DNA from: Patescibacteria group bacterium
GTDB taxonomy: Bacteria; Patescibacteriota; Doudnabacteria; UBA920; O2-02-FULL-48-8
Direction of reading: 5' to 3'
NCBI GenBank assembly: GCA_036278915.1
Contig: DASUKB010000004.1
Coordinates: 73,441-137,440 of the forward strand
Length of the DNA stretch: 64,000 nt
Below are positions 45,982 through 54,029 of this stretch, in pieces. Under the pieces are notes generated by a model. That model worked only from the letters and a program-made list of their open reading frames with translations, did not search any database and was not told the origin of the DNA. Numbering within the stretch: position 1 is the first letter of the stretch; each line of letters opens with the position of its first letter. Position numbers and translations under genes: made by a program.

Positions 45982-48145
45982 AAGTTTCTAAAGTCTCCTC
46001 TTTGGCTGCGAGGTGTTTGCCATGCACGGTCTTGGACCAGTGGTGCGGCGAGTACATAAATTCCGCGGCAGCGCGCACAGACGCCACAGCCAGCAAAATC
46101 CAGTATAACGGCGACAGCAGGCCGTATTTGACCGCGTTGTATCTCCCGCGCTGATAACTTGAGACGAGGTTAAGATAAACGAAGATTATATTGCCCGCAG
46201 CAAACGAGATTAATGACGTATAAAATATCGGACTTGGGAACAGCGACTGTATGAGGTGCGAATGCGTGGCAAACCATCCAACAAGCAATCCCCAGTACAC
46301 GAGGTTGGCAATGTTGATTACCACCGAAGCCGGCACCGTGATCGCAAATGCAAACAGCCCCGCCCAACCGATCCCAACTTCACGCTTAAATCGTAAAGGA
46401 TGTCGCAAGTGCACGATCGAAGTTTGGATAAAGCCCTTAATCCAGCGCGTGCGCTGCGCAACCCACGGATAGATCGAAGTCGTCGCCTCTTCGCGGCTCA
46501 CAGAATCCAAAATTTCCACTTTTTTGCCGGCGCGCGCAAGCTTGATTCCTGTATCCGCATCTTCGGTAACGTTGTATGGATCCCAAGCGCCAATGTCCTC
46601 AAGCGCGGATTTGCGGAAGTGCACGCTGTGACCGGAAAGCGGAATCGGATAGCCGAGTTTTTGCAAACCAGGCAAAAGCATATCAAAATGGAATGCGAAT
46701 TCTTCGTTGAACAGACGTGTAATCAAACTTTGCTCCGGATTGTAATGGTCGAGCCTGGTCTGCAGCGCATCCACTTGCGGAAATTTCTGAAATGCCAAAT
46801 ATGCTTTCTTAAGCTGGTCAGCATCGGGTATGATCTCCGCATCGTAAATGACGAGGAATTCCCCATGCACCTGCGGGAACGCCACATTCAGAGCTTTCGG
46901 TTTGGTCTTGGGCTGCACGTCGGGCAAAATTAGCGTTCGGAAATGCGCGGGCGGATTGGCGTCGGCAATGGCTTCTATAGTTTCCGTATCATACTCCTCA
47001 AGCGTGATTATAATTTCCAATTTCTCCGTGGGATAGTCAATCGCACTCATAGCGGTGATAATTTGGCGGATCACGGCTGCCTCTTTGTACAAAGGCACAA
47101 GTATCGTGTACATGGGCAAATCATAAGGATTAACCGATTCTATTTCTTCCGGGGAAATATCCAAAAATTTTTGGGTCGTCGCATGGTAGATTACGCGCAA
47201 TTTAAAGGCCATCATCACCACGTAAAACACGGCCATAATTCCCGAAATTATTACAAGCGACGAAATTCCAGTCAGCCGGTGCAGGCCGTAAATTGTGGCA
47301 GACAAGACGAACAAAATCGTCAAAACCAAACTTACTGTCTCCAAATACAACGTACGCTTGGCGCTCATAATCTGCGGCGTATACACAAAATCCCAATTAT
47401 TGTTCCAGTTATTCCCCAGCCGCTCGCTTGGGTGCGGGTATTCCAGAAATTTTAAAATTCCAAACAGGAAATATTTGAATCTAAGCTTCAATGCGCCAAA
47501 TCCCAGTTCCAGTCCGGTACTCAAAACGCTTACGTTGGACTTGCCGTGCATGCGGCCGGTAAATTGTATGTCGGTCTGCGCAATCCTCCAGCCCAGACGT
47601 TTGGCCTTAAACAGGAAGTCATAATCGAAACCCCAAGCGGAAGGCTTGAGCCGAACGCTTGCACAGACTTGCTTGCGGAAAACTTTAAGCCCGGACTGTA
47701 CGTCATACGGCAATCCCAAAAGCATCCGGCCAAAGAAAAATTTATATATTTTGCTGGAAATTTTACGGAAATTCCCGGCATCCGCGAATTGGCGGTTGCC
47801 GACCACGATATCTGCATCGGTAAGCTGTAATACCATTTGCGGTATGGCTTCGGGCGGATATTGCAAGTCCGCGTCAATCATAGCAATGATTTCACCTTTG
47901 GACTCCACAATGCCCTCCAGAAGCGACGTCGCTTTGCCTCGCGCGCCTTGTTTGGTGAGCAGACGGATATGCTCACGCGGGTATTTGGATTTAAGCGCGC
48001 GCAAAAATTTGGCCGTACCATCCGTCGAATGATCGTCGACAAAAATGAGCTCATGCGCAAGCCCGATCAGCGATTGGGCCAAACGATCGACGAGTGAGGC
48101 AAGGTTGTCCTCTTCGTTGTAAGTGGGGATGATTATTGAAAGCAT
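45950..48145 (-). CDS. Double GT2 fusion: DPM-synthase-like domain plus cellulose-synthase-like domain
   Basis: IIPTYNE...DD.STDGT...DADLQ; second domain LVPLYKE, KPKALN, YDAE, VTED.D, QRTRW, followed by TM helices. Confidence 0.92.
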   Translation of the reverse strand: MLSIIIPTYNEEDNLASLVDRLAQSLIGLAHELIFVDDHSTDGTAKFLRALKSKYPREHIRLLTKQGARGKATSLLEGIVESKGEIIAMIDADLQYPPEAIPQMVLQLTDADIVVGNRQFADAGNFRKISSKIYKFFFGRMLLGLPYDVQSGLKVFRKQVCASVRLKPSAWGFDYDFLFKAKRLGWRIAQTDIQFTGRMHGKSNVSVLSTGLELGFGALKLRFKYFLFGILKFLEYPHPSERLGNNWNNNWDFVYTPQIMSAKRTLYLETVSLVLTILFVLSATIYGLHRLTGISSLVIISGIMAVFYVVMMAFKLRVIYHATTQKFLDISPEEIESVNPYDLPMYTILVPLYKEAAVIRQIITAMSAIDYPTEKLEIIITLEEYDTETIEAIADANPPAHFRTLILPDVQPKTKPKALNVAFPQVHGEFLVIYDAEIIPDADQLKKAYLAFQKFPQVDALQTRLDHYNPEQSLITRLFNEEFAFHFDMLLPGLQKLGYPIPLSGHSVHFRKSALEDIGAWDPYNVTEDADTGIKLARAGKKVEILDSVSREEATTSIYPWVAQRTRWIKGFIQTSIVHLRHPLRFKREVGIGWAGLFAFAITVPASVVINIANLVYWGLLVGWFATHSHLIQSLFPSPIFYTSLISFAAGNIIFVYLNLVSSYQRGRYNAVKYGLLSPLYWILLAVASVRAAAEFMYSPHHWSKTVHGKHLAAKEETLETYAIKLPQTET

Positions 48146-48503
48146 AAATTTCCTTCCACTAAAGCTTACTTAAAAGCATGCATCAGTGCCTACTGTGCAA
48201 TCGGGTCAACAAGTTGGAATTAAAAAAAAATTTATTGGTAAGTTTGACAGGCCGAAAAAGTTTTCTCCATTTTTCAGGACAAGCAAATTAATATTTTCAG
48301 ACGCGCCTCGTTACTTTTGCTTGGATTTTTTGTATAATGTGAACAGGGACGCACCAACAAATCAGGCCATTGTTCTGGCTTGCAAGCACAATGCACCTTC
48401 ATTGGTTCGGATGGTTTGCATAATCCACAGGTAGTCGAAAAGCTTGATTTTGCGTATTTTGACCTAAGTAACAACCTCCAAAAAATTTCGTCACTGACAC
48501 AAT

Positions 48504-48668
48504 ATGCCTGGACAATCATCACATAAATTGAAAGCAGACTCATTCGCCGAAATTTCAACGAAAGCAGAACGCCGCGAAAGCAAAAATCGCCAGCGTATGA
48601 AACAGCACGGCGCGTCTTTGAAACGCCCCTCCAAATTCTCCGGACTCAAACTCGCTAAAAAGAAATAA
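48504..48668 (+). CDS. 54-aa highly basic protein, not in the ORF track
   Basis: MPGQSSHKLKADSFAEISTKAERRESKNRQRMKQHGASLKRPSKFSGLKLAKKK*; co-oriented, ending 37 nt before miaA. Confidence 0.6.
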   Translation: MPGQSSHKLKADSFAEISTKAERRESKNRQRMKQHGASLKRPSKFSGLKLAKKK

Positions 48669-48705
48669 GCATGGTTTAGCTAGAAGAAAAGTGACAAAGA
48701 AATTT

Positions 48706-49632
48706 ATGCATAGATTAATAATAATTTTGGGTCCCACCGCCTCCGGCAAATCATCTCTTGCAATTAAACTTGCAAAAAAGTTTAAGGGCGAGATTATTTC
48801 CGCAGACAGCAGGCAAGTCTATCGCGGCATGGATATCGGCACTGGCAAGATTTCCAAAAAAGAACAACGCCTGGTACCGCACTATTTGATGGACGTTGCA
48901 AATCCCAAAAAACAGTTCACCGTCTCTGACTTCAAAAAGCTAGGAGCCCAGGCAATCGAAAGAATCAAGAAAAAACATAAATTGCCGTTTATAGTTGGCG
49001 GCACGGCCTTTTATATCTATTCGCTCATAGACGACTGGCAGATTCCGGAAGTTGCGCCAAATAAAAAATTACGTAATACATTACGTAATAAATCCACCAG
49101 GGAACTTTTTGCCATGCTCCAAAAACTGGATCCGAGGCGCGCGGCCAACATAGACTCACGCAATCCCGCGCGCCTCAGCCGCGCGATTGAGATAGTCAAA
49201 ACGACAGGTAGGCCAGTGCCCTCCCTGTCATCCCCGACTCCGATCGGGGATCTTAATAAAGATTCCCGCTTCCGCGGGAATGACACAAAGGTTTTATTAC
49301 TTGGTATCCGCAAAGACCAAAACGAGCTTTACAAGCTTATCGATAAGCGCTTGGAAGAAAGATTGAGGTCAGGAATGGTTGCAGAGGTAAAAAAACTTCA
49401 CAAATCTGGTTTGTCTTGGAATAAACTAGAAAGCTTTGGTCTAGAGTACCGCTTTGTTTCTCTTTATTTACAAAATAAATTATCTTATAGAAAAATGGTA
49501 GACCAGCTCAAATCCGCCATTCATAAATTTTCCAAACGCCAGAATACATGGTTTAAACGCGACACTCGGATCCATTGGATCAAAAACGAAAAAGAAGCTC
49601 GGAAACTGATTAAGCCTTATCTGTCATCCTGA
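48706..49632 (+). CDS. miaA: tRNA dimethylallyltransferase
   Basis: GPTASGKS, ISADSRQVY.GMDIGT.K, VGGT.FY, KRQ.TWF. Confidence 0.98.
   Translation: MHRLIIILGPTASGKSSLAIKLAKKFKGEIISADSRQVYRGMDIGTGKISKKEQRLVPHYLMDVANPKKQFTVSDFKKLGAQAIERIKKKHKLPFIVGGTAFYIYSLIDDWQIPEVAPNKKLRNTLRNKSTRELFAMLQKLDPRRAANIDSRNPARLSRAIEIVKTTGRPVPSLSSPTPIGDLNKDSRFRGNDTKVLLLGIRKDQNELYKLIDKRLEERLRSGMVAEVKKLHKSGLSWNKLESFGLEYRFVSLYLQNKLSYRKMVDQLKSAIHKFSKRQNTWFKRDTRIHWIKNEKEARKLIKPYLSS
49226..49285. repeat. 60-nt palindromic element in frame within miaA
   Basis: TGTCATCCCCGACTCCGATCGGGGATC...GATTCCCGCTTCCGCGGGAATGACA. Confidence 0.9.
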
Positions 49633-49679
49633 ACGTAGTGAAGGATCTCATAAGATTCTTCGCTGCGCTCAGAATGACA
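49622..49679. repeat. GTCATCCTGA...TCAGAATGAC element, copy 3; supplies the miaA stop codon
   Basis: The TGA at 49630-49632 lies inside the element. Confidence 0.9.
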
Positions 49680-49756
49680 ATGGTACGTACGCCGTACGTA
49701 CCAAGCTCAGAGCATGCTCTGAGCAAAGTAAGAGCAAAACCGCCTCTGAGGCGGTT

Positions 49757-51229
49757 TTACATTCCCAATTCTTTTTTCAGCAGCTCGTTTATCTTTTGCG
49801 GGTTGCCGCGACCACCCATTTCTTTCATTGTCTGGCCCACCAAGAAGCCAAGCGATTTCTCACCTTTGGTCTTAGCATCCTCAACACCTTTTGGATTGGC
49901 TTCAATGACTCTTTTGACTGCGGAAAGAAGTTCGCCCTCATTCGAGACCTGTTCCAGTCCCATGCTCTGCAAAAGATTGCTTGGATCTTCGCCTGTCTCA
50001 AACATTTTAGCAAAGACATCTTTTGCGCCAAGCTGGCTGACCTTTCCTTGACCAATGAGCTTGATGAGTTCTGCAAAATTTTCTTGCGTGATTTTTGAGT
50101 CGACCGGCAGAGTTCCATGCTCATTGAGTAAAGCCAAGAATTGGCCAATCGTCCAGTTGGCTGCCAGCTTTACCAATTTATTGCGATCTTGGCCTTTTTC
50201 GATCTCAAACCATTCGTCCAGTTCAGAAACAACCTGCTCAAAGTATTCGGAGAGCTCTTTGTAGTTAACCAAAATTTCCGCGTCTTTTTCGGCAATGCCA
50301 AACTGACTTACGAATCTCTCCTTTCGAGTATTTGGAAGTTCCGGCAATTCTCTTCGTAATTCTTCAATATGGTCTTTGGTAAAGTGCAGCATGGGCAAAT
50401 CCGGCTCCGGGAAGTAGCGGTAGTCCTGCGACTCTTCTTTGGAACGCTGCGAGACTGTAATAGCCTTGTCATCCACGAAGCCGCGAGTTTCGCTGGCTGG
50501 AACTTCGCCGCTGTCTAGGATTTCTGCCTGACGTTTGACTTCATACTCTATGGCGTTGGCCACGGCGCGGAACGAATTCATATTTTTGACTTCCACTTTG
50601 TATGCCGGAAGCTTAGATTCTCCAACTTTGCGAAGGCTTATATTGGCATCGCAGCGCAAGTGGCCCTTTTCCATGTCCGCATCCGACACGCCCAGGTACC
50701 TGGCGATTGACTGCAAATTTTGCAGATACGCTTTGGCTTCCTCGGATGTGCGCATATCCGGCTCGGACACGATTTCCAAAAGCGGCGTGCCCGCGCGGTT
50801 GTAGTCCACCAAACTGTAATTTTCCCCCGCCGGGTGCAAAAGTTTTCCAGCGTCCTCCTCTAGGTGTGCGCGTGTAATGCCAATTGTCCGCGTCTGGCCG
50901 TTTACTGTAAGCTGCATTTGCCCGCGGCCATTGAGCGGCATGTCAAACTGCGAAATCTGGTAGCCTTTCGGTAGGTCCGGATAAAAATAATTTTTGCGGT
51001 CAAATTTGCTGTACTCGGCAATTTCGCAATTGAGCGCCAACCCCACCATGAGCGCCTTGTGCACAGCCTCTTGGTTTATTACAGGCAGAGTGCCGGGATG
51101 GCCGGTGCAGACTTCGCAGATGTGCACGTTTGGCCGGTCTGCTTCGGCATTCGGGGACGCGCAAAACATTTTGCTCTTGGTTTTGAGCTGGATGTGGACC
51201 TCCAGGCCGATTATAGTCTCGTAAGTCAT
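49757..51229 (-). CDS. gatB: Asp/Glu-tRNA amidotransferase subunit B
   Basis: IGLEVH.QL.TKSK.FC, FDRKNYFYPDLPKGYQISQ, DYRYFPEPDLP. Confidence 0.99.
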   Translation of the reverse strand: MTYETIIGLEVHIQLKTKSKMFCASPNAEADRPNVHICEVCTGHPGTLPVINQEAVHKALMVGLALNCEIAEYSKFDRKNYFYPDLPKGYQISQFDMPLNGRGQMQLTVNGQTRTIGITRAHLEEDAGKLLHPAGENYSLVDYNRAGTPLLEIVSEPDMRTSEEAKAYLQNLQSIARYLGVSDADMEKGHLRCDANISLRKVGESKLPAYKVEVKNMNSFRAVANAIEYEVKRQAEILDSGEVPASETRGFVDDKAITVSQRSKEESQDYRYFPEPDLPMLHFTKDHIEELRRELPELPNTRKERFVSQFGIAEKDAEILVNYKELSEYFEQVVSELDEWFEIEKGQDRNKLVKLAANWTIGQFLALLNEHGTLPVDSKITQENFAELIKLIGQGKVSQLGAKDVFAKMFETGEDPSNLLQSMGLEQVSNEGELLSAVKRVIEANPKGVEDAKTKGEKSLGFLVGQTMKEMGGRGNPQKINELLKKELGM

Positions 51230-51231
51230 AA

Positions 51232-51669
51232 TTAGTTGTGTGGGGGCGGCACAGTGGTATTGTCCGCGGGTTTGGCGCAGCTGTCGATATGGTTCACGCA
51301 GGAACTGCTGAAGTCCACAAGATCAGGATTTATAGTTTTAAGTAAAATATATGCGCCCAAAAGAAGAATCAACCCAATGACAGATGAAAATATGTACGAT
51401 CTGCCGCGCGTCGCCCTGTCCGCATTGCCCGCGGAAGTTAGAGTTATATAACCGCCCACGATAATCATAAGCACAGCCAGGACAGCAGCCACGGATATAG
51501 ACCAGACATAAACCTGGCTCACGCATGAAGTCAGCGCTTGGCCAGTGGAATTGGTGGTGGTTGTGGTGCCCGTATTGGTATCCGTACCGCAACTCGCGGC
51601 AAATGCCGGATGCGGCACAAACGACAGGGCAAAAAAGATAAGACCGAAACCGACAAGTTGGCGTTTCAT
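51232..51669 (-). CDS. CPR pilin (TrbC/VirB2-like)
   Basis: Signal peptide ending AFA-A; pilin motif closely matching the C-terminus of 4622-6304. Confidence 0.88.
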   Translation of the reverse strand: MKRQLVGFGLIFFALSFVPHPAFAASCGTDTNTGTTTTTNSTGQALTSCVSQVYVWSISVAAVLAVLMIIVGGYITLTSAGNADRATRGRSYIFSSVIGLILLLGAYILLKTINPDLVDFSSSCVNHIDSCAKPADNTTVPPPHN

Positions 51670-51678
51670 ATTTTTGTG

Positions 51679-53133
51679 TTAGGAAATTGGCGGAGTTAAT
51701 TTTAAATTATTGATTTTTTCAAAAGCATCCCCCGCTGCAAATAATTTCTCCTCCGCAAAGTGGTTGGCGATTAATTGCAGGCCCACAGGCAAGCCGGATT
51801 TGGTGATCCCTGCCGGGATGGAAATGCCAGGCACACCGGCGATATTCAGACCGACCGTAAATATATCGGCCAGGTACATGGAAATTGGGTCCGCGACCCG
51901 CTCACCCAGTTTAAATGCCGGAGTCGGGCAGGTCGGCGTGAGCAAGATATCAAACTTTTCGAAAGCTTCCTTGAAATCGCGACGGATAAGTTTCTGCGCG
52001 GTCTGTGCTTTTTTGTAATACGCATCCTTGTAACCGGCACTTGAAGCATAAGTACCGATCATAATGCGGCGCTTAGGCTCCTCACCAAACCCGGCCGTGC
52101 GCGTGTTTTCGTAGACTTGCGTCAAGTTTTGTCCAGGTTCGGACAGTCCGTAGCGGATGCCGTCGTAACGCGAAAGGTTGGCTGAAATTTCCACGGGCAA
52201 GATAATGTAGTAGCAGGCAAGGGCGTATGATGCATGCGGAAGCGTTGTTTCGGACACTACGGCGCCCATTTTTTCGAACTTTGAAATTGCCTGCTCGATG
52301 ATTTGTTTAACTTCCGGGTCCAAGCCTTCGCCAAAATACTCATTGGGCACGCCAACTTTTAAACCTTTGAGGTCTGATCCCAAAAATTTGGAATAATCCG
52401 GCACAGGGACCGGGATCGTGGTCGTGTCGTGCGCATCGGACCCGGCAAACGCTTGGAAGGCAATACTGGCATCTTCCACGGTTTTGGCAAACACACCGAT
52501 CTGGTCCAGAGACGAGCCCAGGGCCACGGCGCCAAACCGCGACACGCGTCCATACGTTGGCTTGAGTCCGACCACGCCGCAAAAACTCGCCGGCTGGCGG
52601 ATCGAGCCTCCTGTATCGGTACCGAGGGCAAACAAAACTTCACCCGACGCCACAGCGGCAGCCGAACCGCCCGACGAGCCGCCAGGCACTCGCAACAGGT
52701 CATAAGGGTTTTTGGTGGGACCGTACGCGGAATTTTCTGTTGACGAGCCCATTGCAAATTCATCAAGGTTGGTTTTGCCAACGAGCACCGGGTTGAGATT
52801 TGAAAGCTTCCGCACGACCGTGGCATCGTAAACTGCCTTATAATTTTTCAAAATTTTGGAACCAGCAGTAAGCGGGAGATCTTTTGCTAAAATATTGTCC
52901 TTGAGCGCGTAAGGAATTCCCAAAATCTGCGCGTCATCGCCTCCCTTAAGCCTTTCGTCGGCAAGTTTGGCGTCGGCAAGCGCGCGTTCCTCGGAAACGT
53001 GCAGAAAAGCGTGCAATTTTGGTTCAAGCGCACGAATGCGGGCAAGCGCGGCAGTGGCTAGTTCCATAGCGCTCGTTTCTTTGCGGGCAAGCATGTTCGC
53101 CGCATGCTTTAGAGTCAGATCTTTGTAATCCAT
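51679..53133 (-). CDS. gatA: Amidotransferase subunit A
   Basis: GKTNLDEFAMGSSTENS, PGGSSGGSA, GTDTGGSIRQPA. Confidence 0.99.
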   Translation of the reverse strand: MDYKDLTLKHAANMLARKETSAMELATAALARIRALEPKLHAFLHVSEERALADAKLADERLKGGDDAQILGIPYALKDNILAKDLPLTAGSKILKNYKAVYDATVVRKLSNLNPVLVGKTNLDEFAMGSSTENSAYGPTKNPYDLLRVPGGSSGGSAAAVASGEVLFALGTDTGGSIRQPASFCGVVGLKPTYGRVSRFGAVALGSSLDQIGVFAKTVEDASIAFQAFAGSDAHDTTTIPVPVPDYSKFLGSDLKGLKVGVPNEYFGEGLDPEVKQIIEQAISKFEKMGAVVSETTLPHASYALACYYIILPVEISANLSRYDGIRYGLSEPGQNLTQVYENTRTAGFGEEPKRRIMIGTYASSAGYKDAYYKKAQTAQKLIRRDFKEAFEKFDILLTPTCPTPAFKLGERVADPISMYLADIFTVGLNIAGVPGISIPAGITKSGLPVGLQLIANHFAEEKLFAAGDAFEKINNLKLTPPIS

Positions 53134-53137
53134 GGAT

Positions 53138-53419
53138 TTAGAAAACGCTTTTGACTTTCACAAACCCGTCCTGCTGGCCATTCGCCTGATCCAAAAATTC
53201 CGTAGGATTAAGTTCGGCCGCGGCGATATCTTCGCGCATCAAATTCAAGGCCCGAGAGTCCAAATCGGAAGCCGCAGAACTTTCTGTAATCTGCGTGAGC
53301 TGGTTCACGTAATCCAAAATTCCGGACAATTCTTGTTGTAGTTTCAATTTTTCTTCTGGTGTGAATTTCAAACGCGCAAGTGTTGCGATTTTGTCTACTT
53401 CTTCTTTCGAAATGCTCAT
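53138..53419 (-). CDS. gatC: Amidotransferase subunit C
   Basis: EEV.KIA.LARL...L..IL.YV.QL...MRED...VK.VF. Confidence 0.95.
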   Translation of the reverse strand: MSISKEEVDKIATLARLKFTPEEKLKLQQELSGILDYVNQLTQITESSAASDLDSRALNLMREDIAAAELNPTEFLDQANGQQDGFVKVKSVF

Positions 53420-53464
53420 AAAGCTGCGGGATTTTATTACTGATTTATGATTAATTATACCACA

Positions 53465-53893
53465 TTATGGCTTTTCTGCCAAAACTTGGCTAATAACCTG
53501 ACTGCGAAATCCTTTACGGGATAATTTTTGAGCTAAACGTTCCCGATCCGTCTCTCTTGGATTTTTGTCCAAAAATTTTTGGGCAATTTCCCGTTCATGC
53601 TCAAGCGATAAATTTTCTGACAGCAATTTTTCGGCTTCATTGCTTGCCACGCCATGCGACATTAGTTTAGCCTTAAGTCCATAAAATCCGAAAGTTTTGT
53701 TTCGCATAAGGCTGTCTAGGTAGTTTTGTGCAAATTCGTAATCATTAAGCAGGCCTTGGGCGGACAATCTGACCAAGACCTCGTCTATATCGGATTTGAC
53801 AAAACCGCGCAGCATAAGTTTCCTGCGAATCTCCTGTGAATGGTGTGGCCGCAATTTGATAAATTGAAGCGCTTTTTCGTAAGTATTAACCAC
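53465..53893 (-). CDS. recX: Regulatory protein RecX
   Basis: R.H...EI..KL..RGF...L...GLLND.EFA...KL...G...L.RKGF. Confidence 0.9.
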   Translation of the reverse strand: MVNTYEKALQFIKLRPHHSQEIRRKLMLRGFVKSDIDEVLVRLSAQGLLNDYEFAQNYLDSLMRNKTFGFYGLKAKLMSHGVASNEAEKLLSENLSLEHEREIAQKFLDKNPRETDRERLAQKLSRKGFRSQVISQVLAEKP

Positions 53894-54029
53894 TTGACTC
53901 CTCTGCTATAATATAAGTATAGTTAATAATACTATAAATCCCATTAGAAGCTAGTCTTCTCGCGATCAAATCAGCAAAAGCATAACGGGAAAAGTTAACA
54001 AACATTAAACCTTAAGAAATTCGAACGGG

